64,000 bases of DNA, taken from positions 15,445 through 79,444 of the forward strand of contig PLZG01000093.1 in NCBI GenBank assembly GCA_003152075.1, written 5' to 3'. Position 1 is the stretch's first letter. Each line of letters starts with the position of its first letter. The position numbers and the translations under genes were made by a program. The DNA is from a candidate division FCPU426 bacterium. GTDB lineage: Bacteria; Oederibacteriota; Muellerivitia; Muellerivitales; Muellerivitaceae. A model generated the notes under the pieces. It made no database searches and had not been told where the DNA came from. It was given only the letters and a program-made list of their open reading frames with translations. Shown here piece after piece: positions 9,011 to 18,026 of the stretch.

Positions 9011-9802
9011 ATGAAAAAGTCTTATTTCTTCGCCCTAGTCGGCCTGGCCCTCGGGGCCGGCGCCCCCGTTGGTGCCTTTTTATTGCGGTGCGTCACCCCT
9101 ACTTTTCCTTTTTCCCTTTTCTACCGTCAGGAGATGGTGGAACATGGTTTCTTTTACATCTATATGCTGGTGGGCACTTGCCTGGTTTTCTCCATTTTCG
9201 GTTTTTTCATCGGTCGCAGCGAGGATTTGCTTATCCACAAGGACGTAATTCTATCCAAAGAGGTATTGACCGATCCCTTGACGGGCCTGGGCAACCACCG
9301 TTTTCTCCACGATACCTTCAAAGTCGAATTCCGCCGGCATGTCACCAGCCGCCAGCCTATTTCCTGCCTAATGTTGGACCTGGATCACTTCAAAGTAATC
9401 AATGACACCTACGGCCATCCCTTCGGTGATTATGTGCTGAAACAATTCGCCGGTCTGGTGAAAAGATCCATTCGGGTGGACGACGTGGCGGCCAGGTACG
9501 GCGGCGAGGAATTCTTATGTATCCTGCCCAATTGCGACCAGGACCAGGCCAGGACGGTGGCGGAAAGGATTCGCCGGGAGACGGAAAGACATTCCTTTTC
9601 CCATGGAGGGAAGAAGGTGAAAGTGACCGTCAGTCTTGGCGCCGTTACCAGTTACGAGAGCTCGGGGTTGAATTACCGCCAGCTCATCGCCTTGTCAGAC
9701 CAGGCCCTCTACGAGGCAAAGAAAAAAGGCCGAAACCAGGTGGTTCAAACAACCCTTCAGATGATGAAAAAATACGCGAGGCGTAAATCTTCAAAAAGCT
9801 GA
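9011..9802 (+). CDS. Membrane-anchored GGDEF diguanylate cyclase
   Basis: Two N-terminal TM helices. GGDEF domain with active-site RYGGEEF and an upstream I-site-like RxxD. Confidence 0.8.
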   Translation: MKKSYFFALVGLALGAGAPVGAFLLRCVTPTFPFSLFYRQEMVEHGFFYIYMLVGTCLVFSIFGFFIGRSEDLLIHKDVILSKEVLTDPLTGLGNHRFLHDTFKVEFRRHVTSRQPISCLMLDLDHFKVINDTYGHPFGDYVLKQFAGLVKRSIRVDDVAARYGGEEFLCILPNCDQDQARTVAERIRRETERHSFSHGGKKVKVTVSLGAVTSYESSGLNYRQLIALSDQALYEAKKKGRNQVVQTTLQMMKKYARRKSSKS

Positions 9803-11071
9803 GGCCAGCCGGTTCCGGACATCGGAAAGGATCGCTTCCACGTTCAAGGATTGGAAGCACCCCCCCGCGTCACAAACCTTGGCCATCTTATGCATGCAGG
9901 TGATGTTCCGGCAGGAACTTTCGGATTGATGGACACGGGCCCAGGCCTTTTGCTCGGCCTCCAGGAAATCCCACCGGAACGAATCATAGCCCGACAACCG
10001 GGGTGGGGTTGCCCCAAAAACCCCTAGAACGGAGGTCCGGTTTCGAAAGGCGCGCTTTCCCATTCGGTCTTTTTTCCATGCCGCGGCCAAATGAAGGGGT
10101 CCCGTATCGCCGGAAATGAAAACATCACTTCGGTCGATGAGTGCCGCGTAGGCGTCAAGGGACAAAGACGAGGGCACCAAAACAACTCGGTCCCGCTTCC
10201 ACAATGGAATTGTAAACAGAAGTCTTTCAGCCAACTCCTTATCCGCCCTCGCTTCGCCCAGCCAGACACGGCAAGGCAACTTCACCAAGCGGTTCAATAT
10301 TTCCGCCTGGTACTGAAAGGGTATTTGGGTAAAGGGCGAGGCCGTTTCAGGGTTGAGGAAAACTACGGGCTCACTTCCCTGTCGGAATCTTTCCTCAAAC
10401 CGGCGCGCCTCCTCGGTGGCTTCCGGAGAAAGGATCAAACAAGGGCCCTCGAAGACGCGGGATCTTCGGACAGGAAAAAAAGGATGCAAAATATCATATA
10501 TGAACCTGTGGGCCTGGTAAGAAATATGATTTAGAGTGTTTCCTTTCCACTCGTTGCGGGCGAAGGCAGATGTTTGGGTCATGATATTAAATACCTTTTC
10601 AGGTTCCGGAAACTGATCGGTTTTTATAAACGGACAAAGGTTGAATATAGCGTCATATTTGGTCGACACTTCCATGACGCTTAAGATATCACGCTCGTTA
10701 GGAAATTGGCCGCCCGTGAAGGCAGGCAAAAGCTTTGAAACGTCTTGGTGCCCCTCCAACAAACAGGCAACAGATTTTTTTACCATGTAATCGATCTGCG
10801 CTTCCGGAAAAAAATCCCGGATGGCCGACACCGCTGTCTGCGCGAGTACCGCGTCGCCGATATGGATGTCCGAAATGACGAGAATGTTTTTGAAGTCCAA
10901 AAGCCGCTTTATTTTCCGGTAGTTCCATTCCCGGAAAAAGTTCACCAGAAACTGGTTTCCCAAAAGGGGATAAAAAAAACCGTCCATCGCCTTCGCCCCT
11001 GCCTTGGGAAACAAACGCGTAACCCCACTGGTAAACTTAAAAAATCCTTCAAAAAACCGGTCAGATTCCAT
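9791..11071 (-). CDS. Glycosyltransferase family 9 (ADP-heptose:LPS heptosyltransferase-like) with Cys-containing C-terminal extension
   Basis: N-terminal ILVISDIHIGDAVLAQTAV and C-terminal SGDTGPLHLAAA motifs match the GT9 fold. The start is set at the internal Met so that it does not overlap the desaturase. Confidence 0.5.
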   Translation of the reverse strand: MESDRFFEGFFKFTSGVTRLFPKAGAKAMDGFFYPLLGNQFLVNFFREWNYRKIKRLLDFKNILVISDIHIGDAVLAQTAVSAIRDFFPEAQIDYMVKKSVACLLEGHQDVSKLLPAFTGGQFPNERDILSVMEVSTKYDAIFNLCPFIKTDQFPEPEKVFNIMTQTSAFARNEWKGNTLNHISYQAHRFIYDILHPFFPVRRSRVFEGPCLILSPEATEEARRFEERFRQGSEPVVFLNPETASPFTQIPFQYQAEILNRLVKLPCRVWLGEARADKELAERLLFTIPLWKRDRVVLVPSSLSLDAYAALIDRSDVFISGDTGPLHLAAAWKKDRMGKRAFRNRTSVLGVFGATPPRLSGYDSFRWDFLEAEQKAWARVHQSESSCRNITCMHKMAKVCDAGGCFQSLNVEAILSDVRNRLASAF

Positions 11072-12002
11072 CAGTCCCTCCGCGGCTTGCCGATTCAAGC
11101 GCTTCCGGGGAAATCGTTTGAATGTCCCAAACAATTCCCAACCAGGACAAGAATTTCAATAAATAATGTGAGCCATCCACCTCCCACCAATAGATGCCCT
11201 GTGGCTCGGCGTAAGGGAAGCGGTGATGGTTGTTGTGCCAGCCCTCCCCCATTGTGATGAGCGCCAGGATAAAACTGTTCTTGCTGTAATCGTTGGTCCT
11301 GAACCTTTGACGGCCGACCATATGAGTCAAGGAATTGATGAGGAATGTCCCGTGATAAAGCAGAACGGTGCTGGTGAAGAAACCCCATGCGATCATTTGA
11401 ATGCCGTTGGTATGAAGGCCGGGAGCGTATAGCCGAAGCACCTCGCCGAACCCAAAGATGGCCGCGGCCAGGAGGAATGGAGCCAAACCATAATGCTTGT
11501 TCAGCCAGCGCAATTCGGGATAGACGGCCAAATCCTTCACGCTTTCCTCCCTTGTGGCCTGGTATTTTTGACAAACCACCCAACCCATATGGGCCCACCA
11601 AAAGCCCCTAAGAATAGGGGAATGGATGTCATCCTTCGTGTCGGAGTATTTATGATGATGCCGGTGGTGGGCGGCCCACCAAAGGATTCCCTTCTGGCCA
11701 CTGGAGGAAGCCCAAAGGGCCAGGACGAGTTGAAAAAACCGGCTGGTTTTGAAACTGCGATGGGAAAAATAGCGGTGGTACCCAGCGGTCACGGCGAACA
11801 TGCGAAAAAAATACATGAAAAAGCACATGGCAAGGGCTGTCCAGCTAAAACCCGTCAAAAAAGCGAACAGGCCCGCCAAGTGAACTAGGAAAAAGCCAGC
11901 GCTTTTGACCCAGTCTATCTTTTCATCTTGGGCCATACCGTGAATCCGTTCCAAAGCTGGTGGGCCAATCGGTTCCCTTTTATTCTCGGCCTTTAAAAGC
12001 AC
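11061..12002 (-). CDS. Membrane acyl-CoA (stearoyl-CoA-type) delta-9 fatty acid desaturase
   Basis: Three His boxes HRYFSH, HHRHHHKYSDT and HNNHH in a 4-TM protein, the hallmark of delta-9 acyl-CoA desaturases. Confidence 0.85.
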   Translation of the reverse strand: MLLKAENKREPIGPPALERIHGMAQDEKIDWVKSAGFFLVHLAGLFAFLTGFSWTALAMCFFMYFFRMFAVTAGYHRYFSHRSFKTSRFFQLVLALWASSSGQKGILWWAAHHRHHHKYSDTKDDIHSPILRGFWWAHMGWVVCQKYQATREESVKDLAVYPELRWLNKHYGLAPFLLAAAIFGFGEVLRLYAPGLHTNGIQMIAWGFFTSTVLLYHGTFLINSLTHMVGRQRFRTNDYSKNSFILALITMGEGWHNNHHRFPYAEPQGIYWWEVDGSHYLLKFLSWLGIVWDIQTISPEALESASRGGTDGI

Positions 12003-12003
12003 G

Positions 12004-12837
12004 TTATTCCTTCTCCGCCAAAAAAAACCGGGCTAGATCAAAATCGAGGAACTTTTGTTTGAATTCCCCCATCTCGGCCATCTTGGCAAAAGACTTTCGG
12101 AGGATATATTCGGGGTCCATTCCTACCTGATCCCCATAAGGTTTCAAGTTACGAACTTCACGCACGGCCAATTTCACGAATAATTTCCACCAGGCTTTCA
12201 GTATCCACGTCTTTACCGGCCCGCAATGGTCCATCAAGGTCTGGATGCCTAGCTTGGTACCGGCGATGTGGCGGGATTCGTCCTTCAACTGCCAACGGAT
12301 CATTTCTTTTCCAGTGGGGTCGATGGCGGGGAGCTCCAGGGTCTTCTGGAAAATGGCGCCGGCCATGGTCTCCGTGAAAAAAGTTCCTAAAATCCATCGT
12401 TCCACCGGCATGGGCCCTGTGGTGGCCAGCCAAACCAACGGATCAAAAACCTTTTGCTTGGAGGGAGGCGAGTTGAGCTTGTTCAAATAGCGCCGGAAGA
12501 CAAACAGATGCTTGGCCTCGTCACTGCACTGGGTGGAATAATAGGTCACCATCTCAGGATTCTTGAACAAATGGGCGGCCTTGTTCATGAGGCGTTGGAT
12601 GATCTCCAGTCCTTGCCATTCCCCCTCGTAAAAATAATGTAGGATGTTGATCCAACCCTCCCTCACTTGGCCCAGTTCGATAGGCAGGTTCCAATTAATG
12701 GCCCCTTCCGGGTCCCAGTTAGCGGCGAAAGCCATGCGTGAAAGCCCGTCCCAAGTTTTGGCGCTGGCCTTTTCCAGCTCGTCATTGTTGTCTTTAGTTT
12801 TACTCGGCGCTACTTTTGCCTTTGGGGCTATCATCAC
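12004..12837 (-). CDS. Ferritin-like diiron-carboxylate protein of unknown function
   Basis: Two E...ExxH half-sites (..EGEWQGLE..CSDEAKH.. and ..TETMAG..DESRHIAG..). The stop abuts the desaturase start, so the two are probably co-transcribed. Confidence 0.5.
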   Translation of the reverse strand: MMIAPKAKVAPSKTKDNNDELEKASAKTWDGLSRMAFAANWDPEGAINWNLPIELGQVREGWINILHYFYEGEWQGLEIIQRLMNKAAHLFKNPEMVTYYSTQCSDEAKHLFVFRRYLNKLNSPPSKQKVFDPLVWLATTGPMPVERWILGTFFTETMAGAIFQKTLELPAIDPTGKEMIRWQLKDESRHIAGTKLGIQTLMDHCGPVKTWILKAWWKLFVKLAVREVRNLKPYGDQVGMDPEYILRKSFAKMAEMGEFKQKFLDFDLARFFLAEKE

Positions 12838-12924
12838 GACTCCTTTTTAATAGTTAATGGGCAGCTATGGCGCCACCCTTTTAGAAATTCAGACCGAACA
12901 AAATTATTTTTCTTTGTTGGTTTT

Positions 12925-13224
12925 TCAAAAAACCCGCGGGAAATAAACTTTTACATGGGCGACGTCGGGCATCAACAGGATCACCATAATGGCGAACAGA
13001 ACCAAGGGGAAGACGAAGATGATAATCACCACGGGCCCCTCCATTCGAAGACCCATATATTGGGCGACCACCAGTCCCGCCAGGACGAAAGCGACCCCAA
13101 AAATCACTAGGTTGTTCCACAAGGCCGGAAGGTGAAGTAACGCCTTTTCGACCGAGAAAAGCGCCAGGATAACCAAAAGGGTAAAAACCATCCCATGCTT
13201 CATGGAGACGGTTTTCGATTCCAT
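12925..13224 (-). CDS. Cytochrome c oxidase subunit IV (prokaryotic COX4 family), paralogue 2
   Basis: Three-TM small protein, paralogous to 14312..14614 (shared ..LHLP...NN..IF..AFV.AGLV..QYM.L..EG.. pattern). It is the last gene of the cox operon. Confidence 0.6.
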   Translation of the reverse strand: MESKTVSMKHGMVFTLLVILALFSVEKALLHLPALWNNLVIFGVAFVLAGLVVAQYMGLRMEGPVVIIIFVFPLVLFAIMVILLMPDVAHVKVYFPRVF

Positions 13225-13451
13225 TTTCCATCCTTTTAAAGCTGGTTTTAAAGGGCCTCTCCACCCCCAGGTTGAGGCCAAGCAACCACAGTATAAAAAC
13301 AGGGGAATAGGCCCAATATGACGCGGCTCATATAAGGGGGAACGGCAAATTTCACATTTAAGGGTTTTCGGGGGAAAGGCGGAACTAAAAGGAAAGAACG
13401 AGGATCGGCGAAAGAGAATTTTCAGGGTGGACGGGGTTTAAAAAATCTGGG

Positions 13452-13691
13452 TTATTCCTGATCCGACGGTAAATGACGGCGGACCCACCAGATCAAAGTT
13501 CCCGCCAAGACAAAAGGAACAGGCAAGAGAAACGCGACTGCCCACTGCAAACCATGCTTATAAGGTGTGGAATCCACGCACAAGGGACAAGCCCCCGCCA
13601 CCTTTGGCAGCAACAGCGCGATCATCCCTAAAGCGGGAAGGAGAGCGAGTTTAATTTTCCCGGTTTTTTTCAATTCAATCGTTGTTTTCAT
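13452..13691 (-). CDS. Small two-TM membrane protein with CPLC motif (possible Cu/haem assembly factor), hypothetical
   Basis: 79 aa. TM, CPLCVD, TM. Embedded between coxC2 and coxD2. Confidence 0.4.
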   Translation of the reverse strand: MKTTIELKKTGKIKLALLPALGMIALLLPKVAGACPLCVDSTPYKHGLQWAVAFLLPVPFVLAGTLIWWVRRHLPSDQE

Positions 13692-13707
13692 CAGATTCCA
13701 ATTTTCC

Positions 13708-14310
13708 TTAAATTAAATAGACCAAAAAGAAAAGAATGGGCCAAAGGCCGACCACGAAAAACCAATACATCCGGCAAAGCTCCACTCCCAGCGTGTTTTG
13801 GGCACTGTACTTCTCCTTCCATGCCTTATTCAAGACCCAAAGCAAGGCGATAAGGCCGCCCGTCACATGGACCGCGTGGATTCCCACCAGGCAATAGAAA
13901 AAACCGCCGAAGATGCTGGCGTGGACGGTGAGCCCGAAATGAAGAAGGCGGACCCATTCCGCCCCTTGGACAGCCAGGAAGATAAATCCCAAAACCGCCG
14001 TGGCTGTCAACAACCCCTTGAACAATTGGCTATTGGAGGCCTTGAGGGGTTTGAGGGCCAGAAAAAACGTGAGCCCGCTTAAAAGAAGGATCAATGTGTT
14101 CGCGGAGGTGACTTCCAGGGGGAGGCGAGGTTGGCCCGGTGGGGGCCAGGGCACGGGGCTGAAACGGAACATCACAAAGGAACTGATGAGCCCTGAGAAG
14201 AACATGATTTCGGCGATGATAAATAGGATGATTCCAAGCCTGGCTGGTTCCATGCGGCGATCGGAGGCTGGCCCGGCGGAAGGCCCCGAGCCGGAAACCG
14301 GCCCGTCCAT
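13708..14310 (-). CDS. Cytochrome c oxidase subunit III, paralogue 2
   Basis: Five or more TM segments. Subunit III signatures (..FF..GIHAVHVT.GLIALL..). The start was moved to an internal Met to avoid overlapping the upstream coxD. Confidence 0.75.
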   Translation of the reverse strand: MDGPVSGSGPSAGPASDRRMEPARLGIILFIIAEIMFFSGLISSFVMFRFSPVPWPPPGQPRLPLEVTSANTLILLLSGLTFFLALKPLKASNSQLFKGLLTATAVLGFIFLAVQGAEWVRLLHFGLTVHASIFGGFFYCLVGIHAVHVTGGLIALLWVLNKAWKEKYSAQNTLGVELCRMYWFFVVGLWPILFFLVYLI

Positions 14311-14311
14311 A

Positions 14312-14614
14312 TTAGAAGAACCTTCGAAGGAAATTGATCGAGAAGTGACAGACGTCGGGAATAAACAAGACAAGAAGGATGCCGAACAAGATGAAGGGGA
14401 TGATCATAATCCAATAGATGAGTTTTCCCTCCGATTTCAGGTCCATGTACTGGAAAAAGACCAGCCCAGCCATCACGAAGGCAATTGCGAAGATAGCAAC
14501 GTTGTTGGTCACGATGGGCAAATGGAGGAAAGTCACCCCTACCGCCGAAAGAGCCATCACCACAAGCACTGAAAATATCATCGTATGGTTATTGGAAGCC
14601 GTGGTTGAGTTCAT
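14312..14614 (-). CDS. Cytochrome c oxidase subunit IV, paralogue 1
   Basis: Three-TM 100-aa protein, paralogous to 12925..13224. Confidence 0.65.
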   Translation of the reverse strand: MNSTTASNNHTMIFSVLVVMALSAVGVTFLHLPIVTNNVAIFAIAFVMAGLVFFQYMDLKSEGKLIYWIMIIPFILFGILLVLFIPDVCHFSINFLRRFF

Positions 14615-14629
14615 TGATTCCTCCTGGGG

Positions 14630-15256
14630 TTAAGCTAAAAGATAAAGCATCGGGAACAGGAAAATCCAGACTACTTCAACGAAAGACCAGTAAATACCCG
14701 TAATGGCCACCCGGCCTTTCCAATTCCCCATCGATCCCGTTAAAGCCCTATTCAAGAGCAGGCCCAGAGCAACCAATCCACCCAGAATGTGGGTAGCGTG
14801 GATTCCTGTCATCAGGAAATAAAAGGACCAGAAACCACCGCTAGTGGGAAATTCACCATGAGCGAACTCAGCTGTGTACTCGAAAGCCTTAACGCCTAGA
14901 AAAAGCACACCCATGGCCATGGTCAGGACTAGGTACTTCTTGACGTTATCGTTGTTTTCCGCCCCTGCCGCACCAGAGGCTTTCATCATGAAAAAATTGC
15001 TGACGAGAAGAACCAACGAGTTAAGAGTGCCGGCGACCAGGTTCAGGTGTCGAGCCTCTTCGGACCACTCGGGATGAATCATGCGCATGAGGATGAAGGA
15101 ACCAAAGAGCCCCGCGAAAAGGACAATTTCGGAGGCGATCAGTGCCCAAATACCCAGCCGGCCCGCGGTCAATCCCGCCGGCGCCGAATTGTAACCTTCA
15201 GGACCCTCATTCTCGGGATAGTGGGGTGTCAATGGCAGGTTGGCGCTTTTATCCAT
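14630..15256 (-). CDS. Cytochrome c oxidase subunit III, paralogue 1
   Basis: Subunit III signatures (..FFMTGIHATHILGGLVAL..). Start set at MDKSANLP (ATG 15254-15256), just after the coxA stop. Confidence 0.8.
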   Translation of the reverse strand: MDKSANLPLTPHYPENEGPEGYNSAPAGLTAGRLGIWALIASEIVLFAGLFGSFILMRMIHPEWSEEARHLNLVAGTLNSLVLLVSNFFMMKASGAAGAENNDNVKKYLVLTMAMGVLFLGVKAFEYTAEFAHGEFPTSGGFWSFYFLMTGIHATHILGGLVALGLLLNRALTGSMGNWKGRVAITGIYWSFVEVVWIFLFPMLYLLA

Positions 15257-16943
15257 GGACCGTTTCTCCTTTGATGTTACTAGCTTGGGAATGCCAATCC
15301 TCGGATTCCCCGGGCTTGCTGTACTCGTAAGGACCACTCGTCACCACCGGAAGAACCGGTCCCCAGTTGCCATGGGGCGGGGGCGAATCGGCAAGCCATT
15401 CCAGGGTGTTGGATTGGTAGGGATTTTTCCCCGCTTTCGGACCGTGGTTCATGCTGAGGACGAGGTTCCAAAGGAAGACGGATTGCGAGGCAATCAGTGA
15501 AATGGCGCAAATCGTGGCGAATATATTCCAATTGGCGAACTGGTGGTACTGGGGATAAAAGGACGGATCAGCTATACGGCGGATCATGCCGCCGATACCC
15601 ACCCTGAATAAAGGCCAGAATGTGCCGTTGAAGAAGATGAAAGTAAGCGCCAAGTGCAACAGGCCCAGCTTCTCGTTGAGCTTGCGGCCGTACATCTTGG
15701 GGAACCAATAGTAAACCGCCGAAAAGCCCCCGAAGAAAACCGAGGGGAATAGGGTGTAGTGGAAGTGAGCCACCACGAAATAGGTGCCATGAAGGTAGAT
15801 ATCGACGGAGGCCGAACCCAAGAAGATGCCGGTCAATCCCCCGACCAGGAAGGTGGCAAGGAACCCTAGCATCCAAAGCATGGGCACCTCCAGGCGGATG
15901 GACCCGTGCCGAAGAGTGGCTAACATACAGAAAATGATGATGGCGAAGGGAATTGAAATGAGGATAGTGGTGATCGAGAAGGGCGTGGCCAGGATCGGGT
16001 TCAAGCCCGACAGGAACATATGATGGGCCCAAACGATGAAGCTCAGAAGGATGGCAGAAACCGTGCTCCACAGGATGAGTTTATAGCCAAAAATGGGCTT
16101 GCGGGTGAAGGTGGCCATTATGTCCAACCCCATCCCCAGGGCCGGGAAGAAAAGTACGTAAACCTCCGGATGGCCGAAGAACCAGAAAAGATGTTCCCAC
16201 AACATCGGCTCACCACCTTTGGCGGGCAGGAAGAAACCGGTGCCGAACATGTTGTCCATGATGAGCATAAAATCGCCAGCGATGAGCGGTCCCACCGAGA
16301 AAAAGAAAGTTACGGCGGAGGCTAGGAGAAACCAAACAGTCATGGGAATACGGGAATAGGTCATGCCCTTCGCGCGAAGGGTAATGGCCGTAACCAGGTA
16401 GTTCAAGCCGCCCAGGCTCGAGGAGAAAAAGGCCATAGCAAGAGCAAGCAGCCACAGGCACGCCCCCCACTTGACACCGGCGAATTCGGAGCTGGCGGAC
16501 AAGGGCGGATAACCTACCCAGCCTCCGGCCACCGGACCGCCCGGGACGAAAAAGGATGCAACCAATAACACGGCTCCGGCGAAAGTTAACCAGAAAGAAG
16601 CCATGTTCAGCTTCGGAAAAGCCATATCCCGCGCACCGATCATCAAGGGAATAAAAAAATTGGAGGGAAATGCCGACAAGAAAGGCATTCCCACGAAGAA
16701 GATCATAATGGTACCGTGCAAGGTGATGATGGCGTTGAACTTGTCCGGCGAAACCAGCCCAAAGAAAGGCGCCGGGACGTTGGGAAATGCCACTTCCCAA
16801 CGGATCAGGTAGGCCATGAACCCGCCCAAACAGGCCATGATAGTGGAGAGCAAAAGAAACTGCTTGCCGATCATCTTATGGTCGGTCGAAAAAATATAGT
16901 GGCTGATGAAACTCTGCTTGTGTTCGTGGGCGTCTTGGCTCAT
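15249..16943 (-). CDS. ctaD: Cytochrome c oxidase subunit I (haem-copper oxidase, A-family)
   Basis: 564 aa, 12 TM. Conserved WFFGHPEVY, the HH pair and other haem a / CuB ligand motifs. The start overlaps the coxB stop (ATGA). Confidence 0.95.
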   Translation of the reverse strand: MSQDAHEHKQSFISHYIFSTDHKMIGKQFLLLSTIMACLGGFMAYLIRWEVAFPNVPAPFFGLVSPDKFNAIITLHGTIMIFFVGMPFLSAFPSNFFIPLMIGARDMAFPKLNMASFWLTFAGAVLLVASFFVPGGPVAGGWVGYPPLSASSEFAGVKWGACLWLLALAMAFFSSSLGGLNYLVTAITLRAKGMTYSRIPMTVWFLLASAVTFFFSVGPLIAGDFMLIMDNMFGTGFFLPAKGGEPMLWEHLFWFFGHPEVYVLFFPALGMGLDIMATFTRKPIFGYKLILWSTVSAILLSFIVWAHHMFLSGLNPILATPFSITTILISIPFAIIIFCMLATLRHGSIRLEVPMLWMLGFLATFLVGGLTGIFLGSASVDIYLHGTYFVVAHFHYTLFPSVFFGGFSAVYYWFPKMYGRKLNEKLGLLHLALTFIFFNGTFWPLFRVGIGGMIRRIADPSFYPQYHQFANWNIFATICAISLIASQSVFLWNLVLSMNHGPKAGKNPYQSNTLEWLADSPPPHGNWGPVLPVVTSGPYEYSKPGESEDWHSQASNIKGETVHG

Positions 16944-17626
16944 TGGGCTCCTCCATGTTCTTCTTTATCTTTTGCGGCAAGCCAATCATCAAAAGTTTTT
17001 TGGTCGTCCACCTGCAAAACTCCTGTCATACGGGTATGGCCGAAACCACAGATTTCGTCGCAAACCAAATGAAAAGTTCCCACTTGGTTTGTGTCAAACC
17101 AGCCATTGATCAGCCGAAGGGGCATGACATCCTGCTTCAAGCGCACCTCGGGCAGGAAAAAATCATGAATGACATCCAGGGAAGTCATGATGATGTGGAT
17201 TTTCTTACCGACCGGCACATGCAATTCGCGGTAGGAGGAAATCGCCGCAGGAGTATCGAACTTACCATCCTTATCGGGATAAAAGAAAGTCCAGTCAAAC
17301 TGCTTGGCTTGCACCTTTACCGTAATATCACAGGGCGGCAGGTCTTCTTTAACATCAGCCCAAGTCTTGCCTCCCCGGAAGTCGAGGAACAGATCAATTC
17401 CCAGGATGATGACGGAAAAAACGATGATCCATTGGATTTGGACCCAAGTATCACCCGTCTCATACTTAGCGGTTGTCCCCTTCTTTTGGCGGTATCTGAC
17501 CACCAAGAAAACAAGATAACCTTCCATTACAACGAAGAAGAACCCAGTGATGTAATAAATCAGTTTTAGCATATTGTCGATATCAGGAGCGAATGACGAG
17601 AGTGACAGGGGCAGGGCATCAAGCAT
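16940..17626 (-). CDS. ctaC: Cytochrome c oxidase subunit II (CuA, no fused cytochrome c)
   Basis: Two N-terminal TM helices. Cupredoxin domain with CuA motif H...CDEICGFGHTRM (C-x3-C-G-x2-H-x2-M). First gene of the operon coxB-coxA-coxC-coxD-coxC'-orf-coxD'. Confidence 0.9.
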   Translation of the reverse strand: MLDALPLSLSSFAPDIDNMLKLIYYITGFFFVVMEGYLVFLVVRYRQKKGTTAKYETGDTWVQIQWIIVFSVIILGIDLFLDFRGGKTWADVKEDLPPCDITVKVQAKQFDWTFFYPDKDGKFDTPAAISSYRELHVPVGKKIHIIMTSLDVIHDFFLPEVRLKQDVMPLRLINGWFDTNQVGTFHLVCDEICGFGHTRMTGVLQVDDQKTFDDWLAAKDKEEHGGAQ

Positions 17627-17774
17627 GGAAAATTTCCTTTCAATGTTTTAAAAGAACGGAAAAGGGGCCCGGACCCGCAGGCCATTCAGCAGTAGGTGTC
17701 GAAATCACTCGAAGCCTTGATAGCCTCGATTCGTTTTAAGGCAGCGGAAAGCCGGGCTCAGAAACCGGGGTATT

Positions 17775-17792
17775 TTATGAGATAAATCATAA
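17775..17792. promoter_or_regulatory. CRP/FNR-type palindrome TTATGAG-ataa-ATCATAA upstream of the cox operon
   Basis: Inverted repeat about 150 bp upstream of the coxB start in an AT-rich promoter region. Same architecture as the sites at 1985 and 43213. Confidence 0.35.
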
Positions 17793-18026
17793 AAGAACCA
17801 TAATAAAAAATAATCCCCGCCAACCAATAATTGGTTCGGTTTATTTATCGCGGAGAGTTAAGTCACATCTTTCTTGGCCTTTTAAGGGCAATATAAAGTT
17901 GTTGATCACCCGAAGGATGGTCAAGAACAACTATTAAATTTATAAAGGAATTTGATGATTAGGTGGTTCGGCTCCCGGCCAGGAATCTTTCAGGGCCGCT
18001 TTAGCGAAAAACCAAAGCCTGCCGAA

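Noticed and set aside
11095-11601. 168-aa minus-strand ORF and other >100-aa ORFs in alternative frames
   Set aside because: These ORFs overlap the confidently assigned coxA, Rieske, desaturase, AKR and cytochrome b genes in other frames. All are out-of-frame or antisense shadows within strongly supported genes. They lack motifs and have skewed Arg/Gly/Pro composition. The other ORFs in this group are 5237..5623, 57050..57619, 16210..16800, 15568..16071 and 6811..7317.
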